NCBI GenBank assembly: GCA_963765145.1
Contig: CAVXVG010000020.1
Location: 32,001-96,000, forward strand
Direction of reading: 5' to 3'
Length of the DNA stretch: 64,000 bases
DNA from: Parachlamydiales bacterium
GTDB lineage: Bacteria; Chlamydiota; Chlamydiia; Chlamydiales; JAJFMK01
The translations under genes were made by a program, and so were the position numbers. Shown here in pieces: positions 30,991 through 41,191 of the stretch. The notes under the pieces were generated by a model. The model had not been told where the DNA came from. It saw only the letters and a list, made by a program, of their open reading frames with translations, and made no database searches. Position 1 is the first letter of the stretch, and the number at the start of each line of letters is the position of its first letter.

Positions 30991-31419
30991 ATGAGACACC
31001 GTAAGCGCACTTTAAAACTTAACAATACCTCTTCTCATAACAGATGTCTTTTTGCCAATATGCTGAAGTCTCTGATTGAGAATGAAAAAATTGTAACAAC
31101 TGTCCCCAAAGGCAAATGGCTGAAACGCTTTGCTGATAAAATGGTGACTTTAGCTAAGGAAAACACTTTGGCTAGCCGCCGACGTGCTATTGCAGAAATG
31201 ATGGTTCGTTTTAACGAGTTGTCTGGTAAAGAAGCTCGTGCAGCAAAAGGTGGCGACCTGTCAGCTTACAACACTGATCGTAAAGTCATTGGTAAGCTTT
31301 TCAATGAGTTAGGACCTAGATTTGCAACCAGAAATGGTGGTTACACACGTCTCATCAGGCTTGGTAATCGTGTAGGCGACAATGCAGAAACTTGCATCGT
31401 CGAATACTTAGGCGCTTAA
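30991..31419 (+). CDS. rplQ: 50S ribosomal protein L17
   Basis: MRHRK, RNGGYTR, RVGDNA. Confidence 0.98.
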   Translation: MRHRKRTLKLNNTSSHNRCLFANMLKSLIENEKIVTTVPKGKWLKRFADKMVTLAKENTLASRRRAIAEMMVRFNELSGKEARAAKGGDLSAYNTDRKVIGKLFNELGPRFATRNGGYTRLIRLGNRVGDNAETCIVEYLGA

Positions 31420-31437
31420 GCGCTTAGTTTCTAGTAG

Positions 31438-31459
31438 GGAGCTCTTTAAAAAGAGCTCC
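31438..31459 (+). terminator. Hairpin after rplQ
   Basis: ggagctctt-taaa-aagagctcc. Confidence 0.5.
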
Positions 31460-31493
31460 GATCATACCTTGCCAACCCCAAAGGGGAATCTAG

Positions 31494-32501
<1,008 letters not shown>

Positions 32502-32517
32502 ACGATAGAGAGTTATA

Positions 32518-33323
32518 GTGGATTATACCCGTGAACCGATCATTGAGACGGTGATTACCCCGAAAGAAGGGTGCAAGCTTGTCTTAAGAAATACGAAAGG
32601 GGCATCACAAGAAGAATATTTTGTAGATGCCATAGAAGTGGTAACTTTTGGAACTACCCATTTTTTCCGTTCCCTTGAAAAGCCGAAACCATTTCTCATT
32701 CCTACGACCGATTTTGAGGTTTTAGAAGTGAGAGAACCCCGGATGATTTTAAAAACATCTGGCATTGATCGTTCGATCAAGATTTCGGGCGGAAAAGAAA
32801 AGCCCCATAAAGAACACCATCATCCTAAAGAGCAAGTTGAAGAAAAGCGTCAACCTGAAGAGAAAAAGCAGGAAGAAAAACGTCCTGATGATAAAGATGG
32901 CCAAGGTGAAAGAAAGCGTAACCGCCGTTCTTCCCGCCGTCGTCGTGATAAAGATGAGGAGCATGAGCCAAAAGGTGAAAATCCGGTAGAAGGTGGCGAA
33001 TTGCCTCCTCCACCACGCCTAATAGCACCTCCGCCGACTCTTATATCAGAGACTCTTTCTCGATACCGAGACCAAGACCAGTTCAAAGGTGCTTTTTACG
33101 ATAAAGAGACTGAAACTAAAGAAGGTCTCATAAAAGAAGAAGAGCGCCCTTTTTTTCCGCCACAGAAGAATTTAATGAAGCAGACGATCTCCTTTTTAGG
33201 ACGCCGCCTCAAGAATCTCCTTCAGAAGGAAGAGTAAGAAAGCCACGTCACGCGAAGGAAGAGGTCCCTCACATGGAAGAAGATCCATTTGACAATCCTC
33301 CTCTAATCGGCGATGATGATTAA
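32518..33323 (+). CDS. grgA: GrgA-family chlamydial transcription factor, frameshifted at T7 (33150-33156)
   Basis: N-terminus YTREPIIETVITPKEGCKLVLRN...AIEVV...KPFLIP matches GrgA (CT504) as I recall it; basic RR-rich middle; adding one T gives an acidic tail ending DDD* at 33323. Confidence 0.8.
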
Positions 33324-33370
33324 CCAAAAATAACTCCAAAGGGGAAAACAACATTTTCCCCTTTCCTACC

Positions 33371-33455
33371 GCTCGGATGGTGGAATGGTAGACACTAGGG
33401 ACTTAAAATCCCTTGCTCTTTATCGGGCGTGCTGGTTCGACTCCAGTTCCGAGCA
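33371..33455 (+). tRNA. tRNA-Leu (anticodon TAA); integration target
   Basis: Acceptor GCTCGGA/TCCGAGC+A, anticodon arm AGGGA-CTTAAAA-TCCCT, long variable arm, GGTTCGACT T-loop. Confidence 0.95.
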
Positions 33456-33516
33456 CTTAATTTACAGGGACTTAAGCGGAAATCAAAAAGGCTTAAGTCC
33501 CTTTTCTTTTTCCATT

Positions 33517-33771
33517 TTACGCACTTTTTACGCACTAGACTGCAAAAAGCCAGCATAAAAGAATTTTTTATTTTTCACTCATTTCCACCAAAAAGACGAT
33601 CTGATCTTTTTTGTCGTGTGACATGCGTGACGCTTGTGACGACTGAGAGAAAACCTTGTCACAGTTTGCTCCACTTCATTTGTGTCACTTGTGACGTTCT
33701 CCAGTTTTTCTATCTCAATTTCAATGCCTTCTTCTGTAAAAACTTTTCTCTAGTGCGTAAAAAGTGCGTAA
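33517..33771. repeat. Perfect 23-bp inverted repeat of tandem TTACGCAC (arm-type) motifs
   Basis: ttacgcactttttacgcactaga (33517-33539) / tctagtgcgtaaaaagtgcgtaa (33749-33771); motif recurs at 46468, 46733 and 49183. Confidence 0.85.
33616..33695. repeat. GTGAC/GTCAC iteron cluster 1
   Basis: GTGAC at 33618, 33627, 33636 (9-bp period), GTCAC at 33658 and 33684, GTGAC at 33691. Confidence 0.7.
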
Positions 33772-33901
33772 TTCCGTCCTTAGAGGCGAGAGCTATTCAT
33801 TTTCTACACTATGAAAACCAGTTCGACACTCAAGGGATTGTCAATCGCTTGTTGCTGTTATTGCTATATTATTTTACATATTCCCCTTTGCGAGGTTTTT
33901 A

Positions 33902-34960
33902 ATGGGTACGATTCGTGAGCTAACAAGAAAAGATGGGTCAAAAACCTATCATGCCGAAGTTAGATTAAAGGGCTATCCAGATCAAAGAGATCGTTTTCGA
34001 ACTCGTTCGGCTGCTAAAAAGTGGATACAGGATACTGAGAGCGCTATCCGTGATGGTCGTCATTTCAAAACAACTGAGGCAAAATCCCATACTGTCGGGG
34101 AGATGATCGACCGATTCGTTAACCAGTGGCTACCTAAGTTTCCTGAAAGATTGGAGAAACAAACGGCTCTCCTTTTCGTCTGGAAGGAAAAGTATGGCTA
34201 CCTCCTTTTAGCTGACTTCACCCCTGCTGTAATCGCAGAATTTAGAGATAGTCTCTTGGCAGAAACAACTGTGCGCGGCACCCTGCGAAGCCCTTCTACG
34301 GTCAATCGCTACCTTAGTGCTATGGGGAGTGTTCTTTCTGTGGCGATGAAGGAATGGGGCTGGATTGAAGACAGTCCAATGAGGAAGATCAAGAAACCAT
34401 CAGAAGCTCCTGGTCGCGAGAGATTTCTCAGCCTTGAAGAAAAGGATCGGCTGCTGGAGGCGTGTAAAGAGTCTCGCAACACTAACCTATACCCGATGGT
34501 TGCTATTTCACTGATTTTGGGGGTTAGGTACGGTGAGCTAGCAGGATTACGATGGGGAGATATCGATTGGGAGCAGAGAAAAATCACCCTCTGGCGAACC
34601 AAGAATGGAGATAATCGAATACTCCCACTAACAGCTGAAGTCGAAGATATACTCAAAGCCCTTTCTACTTTTGGAAGCTCTGCTGAAAAACTAATTTTCC
34701 AGTCTAAAAATAGACAGGTGGGGGCTTCTAAAGTTAGCGTTAGAGGAGCTTTTGAAGGGGCATGTAAAAGAGCCGACATTAATAACTTCGTTTGGCATGA
34801 CCTCAGACATTCTGCGGCCAGCTATATGGCCATGGGAGGAGCGACACAAGGTGAGCTGATGGCCATTTTGGGTCACCGTTCTCCAGCAATGACGCGTCGT
34901 TATGCCCATTACAGTCAAGATCATTTGAGAAATATGCTAGAGCGAACAAAGAGGATCTAG
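33902..34960 (+). CDS. int: Tyrosine recombinase (integrase)
   Basis: Catalytic set intact: GVRYGEL, TKNG, HDLRH, LGH, RRYAH; N-terminal arm-binding-like beta domain. Confidence 0.95.
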   Translation: MGTIRELTRKDGSKTYHAEVRLKGYPDQRDRFRTRSAAKKWIQDTESAIRDGRHFKTTEAKSHTVGEMIDRFVNQWLPKFPERLEKQTALLFVWKEKYGYLLLADFTPAVIAEFRDSLLAETTVRGTLRSPSTVNRYLSAMGSVLSVAMKEWGWIEDSPMRKIKKPSEAPGRERFLSLEEKDRLLEACKESRNTNLYPMVAISLILGVRYGELAGLRWGDIDWEQRKITLWRTKNGDNRILPLTAEVEDILKALSTFGSSAEKLIFQSKNRQVGASKVSVRGAFEGACKRADINNFVWHDLRHSAASYMAMGGATQGELMAILGHRSPAMTRRYAHYSQDHLRNMLERTKRI

Positions 34961-34963
34961 GAA

Positions 34964-36100
34964 ATGAAAAATCTATCATTCAGTGAAGAGAGCAATTTCG
35001 GGAGTTATGGGATAACTGACGTTCCATTATTACCTGGTTTTTTTAAGGGTCGATTGGTTGCGGTTCCTGCACCGCATATCCCACCTGGAGCGGTAGAGGA
35101 AGATGGCCGCTTGCATCTATATAAATTCGAACTTTTAAATAAGGGTGATGAGGTAGAAGTCCCACCACGGAAAAGCTATTTCGACTGGCTTCTTGAAAGT
35201 GGAGGGTTAAAATCCCATGTTTTAGAGCCTATTGATCCCAATGATCTAAGCGATAAAGAGACTAGGGATTTATGTAGGCGCTCAGGGATTCCGCTAGGTT
35301 GGGTCAAACCTCAGCTCGATCGAAGAAAGTTTAAGGAAAGGGCTGCTGATGTTGGGAATGTACAGTATGCTAAAAAAAGAAGGGTAAAGGAAAGGGAGCT
35401 GTACAGCGAACCCTTATTCAAAAAGTTTCTGAAGTGCCTTGGTAAGGTAAATAAAAAAAGTCGAATTGTAGCGGAGCTACTTTATCATTTGAACAAGCTC
35501 CTCTTGGGAGGTGGATACGTAACTTCAGAAGATGTTTTGCGTACGCAGCTGAAGGATGTGAGCTCTCCACTCGAACAGCCTAATTGGGTTCATTTGAGTC
35601 GAACATCTCAAGAGGGGACATTGCTATTTTCTCTTTGCTTGCCCAACAAACTAATGAAAAAGATTTTGGGGCAGATAAACCCAGGCTCAATCTTTGTGTT
35701 TGCAGCAGGCAATGGCGGGCCTCTTACGTCGGCCCAATTGGATAGAGATTTCAGGATAGCTTCTGAAAAAGCAGGAATAAATCCCCCAATTAAACCATTT
35801 AATTTAAGGCCAATAATAAACTTTGAGGCGGTATTGGAGGAAGACTATGAGCTTCTTTGTAAGGCTGTTCCCACTTTAGAACCAAAAAGAGGAAGGAAAC
35901 CAATTCGTGATCCAAGAATGCTCCTCAATGCCATGTTGTTTCATTTAAGAGCTGGTTGTCCCTTTAGAAAACTGTCCTTTGAATTGGACTGGAGAGCTGC
36001 GCATTCTCAGTATTCTAGATGGAAAAAAACTGGGGTATTTGAGGAAATTCTGAAAATTTTGAAGAAAATTTGTCCTCATTTAGCTTTTGGCAATCTTTGA
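34964..36100 (+). CDS. Chimeric protein: degenerate tyrosine-recombinase-like core plus IS5-family N-terminal (DUF4096-like) HTH
   Basis: FVFAAGNGGPLT...FRIASEKAGINPPIKPFNLR, then PKRGRKP...LNAMLFHLRAGCPFRKL...YSRWKKTGVFEEIL. Confidence 0.6.
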   Translation: MKNLSFSEESNFGSYGITDVPLLPGFFKGRLVAVPAPHIPPGAVEEDGRLHLYKFELLNKGDEVEVPPRKSYFDWLLESGGLKSHVLEPIDPNDLSDKETRDLCRRSGIPLGWVKPQLDRRKFKERAADVGNVQYAKKRRVKERELYSEPLFKKFLKCLGKVNKKSRIVAELLYHLNKLLLGGGYVTSEDVLRTQLKDVSSPLEQPNWVHLSRTSQEGTLLFSLCLPNKLMKKILGQINPGSIFVFAAGNGGPLTSAQLDRDFRIASEKAGINPPIKPFNLRPIINFEAVLEEDYELLCKAVPTLEPKRGRKPIRDPRMLLNAMLFHLRAGCPFRKLSFELDWRAAHSQYSRWKKTGVFEEILKILKKICPHLAFGNL

Positions 36101-36287
36101 ATTCGACGACAAAATTGAAATTCCTTACTCGCATGTTTGTTAAATCTGCGTCAAAAATATGCCTTTAGGAAATATCTAAAAGGCATTTCTATTGCATATA
36201 AATTTGAAATAAAATAAAAAGTGGATATAGCCACCTCAATCCAGAGCTGAGCAGTGGTAGCAGTAATTAAGTAAGAAAGAGGCATTT

Positions 36288-36602
36288 ATGCAATCAACAG
36301 TTGTTAAAGAGACATGTGCAAAGGGAGATGAAAAGAGAAATGATCATTTCGAATCTCCTCAAATTCTGACGGTTCGTCAGTTTTGCACTAGGTTTCCTTG
36401 GCCATCAGAATCAGCAATGAGGTCATACATTTACAGGGCAAAGGAACTTGGATTTTCCGAGGCTTTTATCCGCGTGAACAGACGAGTTTTAATAAACTCT
36501 AGAAAATTCTTTGAAATTATCGATCAACATCAAAGTCGTTCTAACTCAGGAGGTTTATATGAAACGGCACAATGCCCAGAAAAGGGAAAAAATCACTTTT
36601 GA
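36288..36602 (+). CDS. Excisionase/AlpA-like winged-helix DNA-binding protein
   Basis: ILTVRQF...SESAMRSYI...IRVNRRVLIN; position between int and the rep module. Confidence 0.7.
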   Translation: MQSTVVKETCAKGDEKRNDHFESPQILTVRQFCTRFPWPSESAMRSYIYRAKELGFSEAFIRVNRRVLINSRKFFEIIDQHQSRSNSGGLYETAQCPEKGKNHF

Positions 36603-36711
36603 GCGAAGCAAAACAAATCGCTGGTACGAGTACGAGCTGAATAAAAAGTACCTCAGCCACCATAAGAGGGAAGCTGAGGTTAGAGCGTTAACAAGAGATT
36701 TAGGCATCTAA
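36559..36711 (+). CDS. Small hypothetical protein (50 aa)
   Basis: AGGAGG RBS before ATG 36559; followed by hairpin gctcactccg/cggagtgagc. Confidence 0.55.
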   Translation: MKRHNAQKREKITFERSKTNRWYEYELNKKYLSHHKREAEVRALTRDLGI

Positions 36712-36764
36712 ACAACCCGCTCACTCCGCTTCAACGGAGTGAGCAATGTTTTAAACAGGCTCCT

Positions 36765-38597
36765 ATGGACAATGATATTATTTTTAATGACACCTTACAA
36801 CAAGAAGATAACAAATTCCAGTCACATACTGAGGTGATAAACATTGCGGATGCTCGAGCAGAGGAACTCCGGCAATCGGATGTTGAAAGAGCGCTCCCAA
36901 AGGGTTTTAAATTTGACCAAGAAGGGTGGTTGGTTTTTGAAGAAGAAAAGGATGGAGAAACTTCAAACTCTATTAAAATTTGCTCTCGGCTAGAGGTTGT
37001 TGCCAGATCAAGAGATCAAAACAACGAAAATCATGGTCGGATCCTTAGCTTTAAAGACCCTGATGGAGTTATGCACCGTTGGGCAATGCCGATGGCGTTG
37101 CTGGCTGGAGATGGCACCTCTTTTCGTGAAGAGTTGTTGTCGAAAGGTCTTTTGATTGCGCCTGGAAAAGGTGCTAGATCGTTTTTAGCTACCTATATCC
37201 AAATTTCAAATCCTCCAAAAACCGTGAGATGTGTTCCTCAGGTTGGATGGAACAAAAGTTTAAATGCCTTTGTTCTAAGCAACGAAACGATAGGGGAAGA
37301 GGGGAATGAACCACTTATTCTTCAGACCTCCACGGGCATGTCTTATTCACCTGATTGTCTTTTAGGCAGCTTAGAAGGGTGGAAAGAGCTGGCTTCTCTT
37401 AGTGTTGGAAACTCAAGGCTAATGTTTGCGTTATGCATAGCATTTGCACCACCTTTGCTTCAATTGTTGGGTGTTGAAGGGGGCGGTATTCACTTTAGAG
37501 GACATTCTTCTTCAGGGAAAACAACGTGTTTAAGAGTGGCGGCCTCTGTTTGGGGTGGTCAAGATTTCTTAAAAACATGGAGAACTACTTCTAATGGTTT
37601 AGAAGGTACTTCTGCCATGCATAACGATTGTCTTCTTTGCTTAGACGAGATGGGGGAAATATCACCCCAAGAAATCGGCAACGTAGCTTATATGCTTGCA
37701 AATGGTAGGGGGAAGGGGCGAGCCGACAAACTTGGTAACGCTAGAGAATCCAAAAAATGGCAATTACTTTTTTTCTCGTCTGGAGAGATAAAGCTAGGTG
37801 ACCACATGGCAGAGGCGAAGAAAACGGTAAGGGCTGGTCATGAAGTTCGTATTTTAGAAATACCTGCTGACGGCCTTAAAGAAGGTTGTTTTGAAGATAT
37901 TCATGGCTTTGAAAACGGAAAAGCGTTTGCTGATCATCTAGCAAAAATCACCAAGGCACATTATGGGATTGTAGGTAGGGAATTCCTGAGACATCTCGTT
38001 CGGTCGAAAGAACAGGCTTTAGAGCTATGGAAAATGATGAACTCCTCTTTGACTCGAAGATGTTTACCTAAGACGGCATCATCTCAAGTTCAACGTGCTT
38101 TTAATCGTTTCATACTTATCGCCGTCGCAGGTGAGTTGGCTACTCAATTTGGGTTAACAGGCTGGGAGAAAGGGGTAGCGACAGAAGCTGTAGTTCAATG
38201 TTTTAATGACTGGCTTCGTGCAAGGGGAGACGTTGGCTTGCTGGAAGAAAGGCACGCCTTAGATCAAATACGTCATTTTTTTGAGTTGCACGGTGAAAGT
38301 CGATTTAGCGCTTGCGATCAGGATGAAAATGATAAGCCGCAAGGAAAGACCTTAAACCGGGCAGGATTTAGGAAGTCAACAGACGAGGGGATCGAATTTT
38401 ACGTTCTTCCAGGTTGCTTCAAAAGTGAAATTTGCCAATCTCTAGATCCAGAATTTGTAGCGACCGTTTGCATTAAGAACGGTTGGTTAATTCCTGATTC
38501 AAAAGGTGGCTCAACGAGATCAGAAAGGTTGCCTGGGATCAAAGGGACCACTAGGGTTTACAGATTTTCATCAAAAGTACTTCAGGATGAGGAGTAG
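36765..38597 (+). CDS. DUF927-family superfamily-3-like replicative helicase
   Basis: Walker A GHSSSGKTT, WRTTSNGLE, LCLDEMGE, YMLANGRGKGRA, SSGE. Confidence 0.88.
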   Translation: MDNDIIFNDTLQQEDNKFQSHTEVINIADARAEELRQSDVERALPKGFKFDQEGWLVFEEEKDGETSNSIKICSRLEVVARSRDQNNENHGRILSFKDPDGVMHRWAMPMALLAGDGTSFREELLSKGLLIAPGKGARSFLATYIQISNPPKTVRCVPQVGWNKSLNAFVLSNETIGEEGNEPLILQTSTGMSYSPDCLLGSLEGWKELASLSVGNSRLMFALCIAFAPPLLQLLGVEGGGIHFRGHSSSGKTTCLRVAASVWGGQDFLKTWRTTSNGLEGTSAMHNDCLLCLDEMGEISPQEIGNVAYMLANGRGKGRADKLGNARESKKWQLLFFSSGEIKLGDHMAEAKKTVRAGHEVRILEIPADGLKEGCFEDIHGFENGKAFADHLAKITKAHYGIVGREFLRHLVRSKEQALELWKMMNSSLTRRCLPKTASSQVQRAFNRFILIAVAGELATQFGLTGWEKGVATEAVVQCFNDWLRARGDVGLLEERHALDQIRHFFELHGESRFSACDQDENDKPQGKTLNRAGFRKSTDEGIEFYVLPGCFKSEICQSLDPEFVATVCIKNGWLIPDSKGGSTRSERLPGIKGTTRVYRFSSKVLQDEE

Positions 38598-38612
38598 GCC
38601 ATGAGATTAAAC

Positions 38613-38690
38613 TGTCACGCTTGTCGCGCCAAAAGTTTTTGTATATGTGACAACTTTTCTCGAGTGTGTCACGGCTGTCACACTTGTCAC
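38613..38690. repeat. Iteron cluster 2 (putative origin of replication)
   Basis: GTCAC at 38614, 38668, 38677, 38686, GTCGC at 38623, GTGAC at 38647; lies between helicase and primase. Confidence 0.7.
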
Positions 38691-38719
38691 GCGCTAAAAA
38701 ATGGAGCATGGTCATTCTG

Positions 38720-39748
38720 ATGAATGTGCTCGAATTGTCGGAGGAGCTGGGTCTCATTCCTAAAAGGATGTCTTCTACTAAAGGAGGCGAATTTCACAGC
38801 CCGTGCCCAGATCCTGCTTGTGGAGGCAAAGATCGCTTTTGTGTATGGCCTAATGAAGGATCAAGCGGGCGTTACTGGTGTCGTCAATGTGGTAAATCAG
38901 GTGATGCCATCCAATTTTGCAGAGACTTTCTTGGCCTTCCCTATCTTGACGCCTGCAAAAAGGTAGGAGAAGAGCCGAGGCCTAGAGCTGAACTAATCAT
39001 CCGAAGAAGACTCCATTTTGAGCCTGAAGAAGCCATTTTCCCTTGCGAAGCTTGGATGAAAAGAGGAAAGAGCTTTGTAGAAGAATGTCATCTTAGACTT
39101 CTGAAAGAGCCAATTGCCCTTGAGATTCTTAAGAGTCGAGGAATTCATTTGGAGACCGCTAAGCAATTTAAAATAGGCTGGAATCCCGATGATCTCTTTG
39201 AGGAAAAGCAAAGTTGGGGACTAGACAAAGAGTTCAATGGGACTAGGGAAAAGAAGCAATGGTTGCCCAAGGGATTGGTGATACCCTTTTTTCAAGATGG
39301 TTGCTTACAAAAAATCAAAATCCGTCGTGCGGCATGGACGCCTAGCGACACCTTTCCCAAGTATGTTGAAGTGTCTGGAAGCAGCAAACAGTTTGCAGTT
39401 TTTGGAGACCCGACTTTGGCTGTTGTGTTGGTTGAAGCAGAGATTGATGCTATTTTGATCCAGCAGGAAGCAAGTAATCTCTGTTGTTCTGTCGCTTTAG
39501 GTGGGGCGGGAAAGAAACCAGATGGTTTTATCCATCTGCTCCTAAAGACATCGCCCAGAATCTTGTATTCCTTAGATTTTGATGAAGCTGGAAAGAAAGC
39601 ATTCTCCTTTTGGAGTCGTGTTTATCCGAACTTGATGCCATGGCCTTCACCAATAGGAAAAAGTCCTGAAGAGGCCCATAAGCAAGGAGTCAACTTGAAA
39701 GAATGGATCCAAGCTGGATTGTTAAAGCCTTCGTTAGCGTATTTGTGA
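38720..39748 (+). CDS. Primase: zinc-binding domain plus Toprim-like domain
   Basis: PCPDPACGGKDRF...YWCRQCGKSGDAI; VLVEAEIDA; LDFDEAG. Confidence 0.85.
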   Translation: MNVLELSEELGLIPKRMSSTKGGEFHSPCPDPACGGKDRFCVWPNEGSSGRYWCRQCGKSGDAIQFCRDFLGLPYLDACKKVGEEPRPRAELIIRRRLHFEPEEAIFPCEAWMKRGKSFVEECHLRLLKEPIALEILKSRGIHLETAKQFKIGWNPDDLFEEKQSWGLDKEFNGTREKKQWLPKGLVIPFFQDGCLQKIKIRRAAWTPSDTFPKYVEVSGSSKQFAVFGDPTLAVVLVEAEIDAILIQQEASNLCCSVALGGAGKKPDGFIHLLLKTSPRILYSLDFDEAGKKAFSFWSRVYPNLMPWPSPIGKSPEEAHKQGVNLKEWIQAGLLKPSLAYL

Positions 39749-39876
39749 GTAAGTATAGAAACAATAAACACATGAAGATGTATCCCTATGATGATTTAAA
39801 ATTTTGTCTTACAATTTGGGGTAGAGAGTTAGCAGTTAACAGACTGGAACTATAATTAGAAAATTAGGAACGAAAA

Positions 39877-40263
39877 ATGACTGAAAAGTACGAAAAAGGC
39901 CTGACTGATCGACAGAAAAGAGCACTCCCTTTTTTTGTCGGCTGTAAAAGTTATGAAGAAGGATGTCGTAAAGCCGAGGTTTCTAAGCATGCATTCTATT
40001 CCTGGTTGCAAAATCCTGCCTTCAAATCAGAATTGACTCGACTACAAGATGACGTAGTTTCCGAGGCCGTACTGACACTGAAATTTAATATGACACATGC
40101 CACGGATGTTCTAGTCTCTCTACTAGAGCATAAAGATAACCCTTCGCTTCAAAGGGCTGTGTGTAACGACATCATTGGACATGTCTCAAAATTCCGTGAA
40201 ATTGAGGAGATCGAGCGTAGGCTTGACGCCCTTGAGAGTAATGCAAAACTCAATCCAATTTAG
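39877..40263 (+). CDS. HTH protein (phBC6A51-like / small-terminase-like)
   Basis: LTDRQKRA...AEVSKHAFYSWLQNPAF; C-terminal EIERRLDALE coil. Confidence 0.6.
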   Translation: MTEKYEKGLTDRQKRALPFFVGCKSYEEGCRKAEVSKHAFYSWLQNPAFKSELTRLQDDVVSEAVLTLKFNMTHATDVLVSLLEHKDNPSLQRAVCNDIIGHVSKFREIEEIERRLDALESNAKLNPI

Positions 40264-40273
40264 GAAGGTAGCC

Positions 40274-40534
40274 ATGGCTTTTCATTCTCGCCTGAAAAGA
40301 TTAGAAAACAAGCTCGAAGATGAGCAAGAACTGCATGCAGTGTTTAGGATCAATTACTATGAGAATAAAGATGAGGGAAAAAAGGTTCGGGATCGACTTG
40401 TAGATGAATATTTTTCTGACGGTAAGCCTAAACCCACTCTCAGCATTTTTATCACTGATTTTGGGGGAACAAACCCAGAAGGCTTTGTATATTCATACAA
40501 ACCGAGTGTTCCTCGGTCCTATGCCAGGAATTAA
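40274..40534 (+). CDS. Hypothetical protein
   Basis: GGAAGG RBS; SRLKRLENKL N-terminus; coupled to the upstream gene. Confidence 0.6.
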   Translation: MAFHSRLKRLENKLEDEQELHAVFRINYYENKDEGKKVRDRLVDEYFSDGKPKPTLSIFITDFGGTNPEGFVYSYKPSVPRSYARN

Positions 40535-40549
40535 ACTAAAGAGGTTGTC

Positions 40550-41191
40550 ATGAGCAAAAGCACAGAAATGATCCCAGAGGATTCTAATATTCCTCATACA
40601 CCGAATATCCCTGAAAAGAAAATTCAAGGGAAAAAACCCCAAGCAAAACCCTTTTTTACTGCAAACAAGGAAAAAGAGCGCGATTTATTAAAAATGAATA
40701 GTGAGGCAGTCGACCTCACCGAAAGACTTCAAAAAGCTACTGGTAGCGAGAACGACATCATAGCTCGAGTTGAACTTAGCTCTTCAGTGGGTGCCGCTAT
40801 ACCTTTTGGTAAACATAAAATTGAAGACACACTCGACTTTTCAAACTCAATAGCTTTAACAATGGAAGCTTTAGCGCCTCAAGATGAAATTGAAGGGCAT
40901 TTGGTTTCCCAACTAGCTGTGCTTCAGCAACATTCAATGTATTGGTTGGCCAAGGCTGTCAATACCGAGAGGGTTGATTTCGCTAATGTCTATCTGAACG
41001 GAGCATCTAAAATGCTGGCGCGTCATCATGAAACTATTGAAACTTTGATGAGATACAGGCGACGTGGTGAACAAAGAGTGCATGTCGAACATGTTCATGT
41101 GCATGAAGGAGGCCAGGCCATTGTTGGCAATGTCAACACTGGGGGTGGGTCAAACCAAAAAGCCGGAGAAGGTCCCCATGCAAAGGTGTAA
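40550..41191 (+). CDS. Hypothetical protein of the type found next to HGGxSTG genes
   Basis: PQDEIEGHLVSQ; RYRRRGEQRVHVEHVHVHEGGQAIVGNV C-terminus. Confidence 0.7.
   Translation: MSKSTEMIPEDSNIPHTPNIPEKKIQGKKPQAKPFFTANKEKERDLLKMNSEAVDLTERLQKATGSENDIIARVELSSSVGAAIPFGKHKIEDTLDFSNSIALTMEALAPQDEIEGHLVSQLAVLQQHSMYWLAKAVNTERVDFANVYLNGASKMLARHHETIETLMRYRRRGEQRVHVEHVHVHEGGQAIVGNVNTGGGSNQKAGEGPHAKV

Noticed and set aside
19107..31419. Absence of rpsJ, rpsN, rpmD, adk, map, infA, rpmJ and rpsD from the ribosomal cluster
   Set aside because: Usual chlamydial arrangement; useful for taxonomy, not novel.
33429..33902. 157-aa ORF and the similar 80-aa ORF at 46555-46797
   Set aside because: They translate the tRNA/att, arm and iteron DNA; the similarity comes from the direct repeat.
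35860..36100. Intact IS5 element
   Set aside because: Only the N-terminal HTH-like part is present; no DDE domain or terminal repeats seen.
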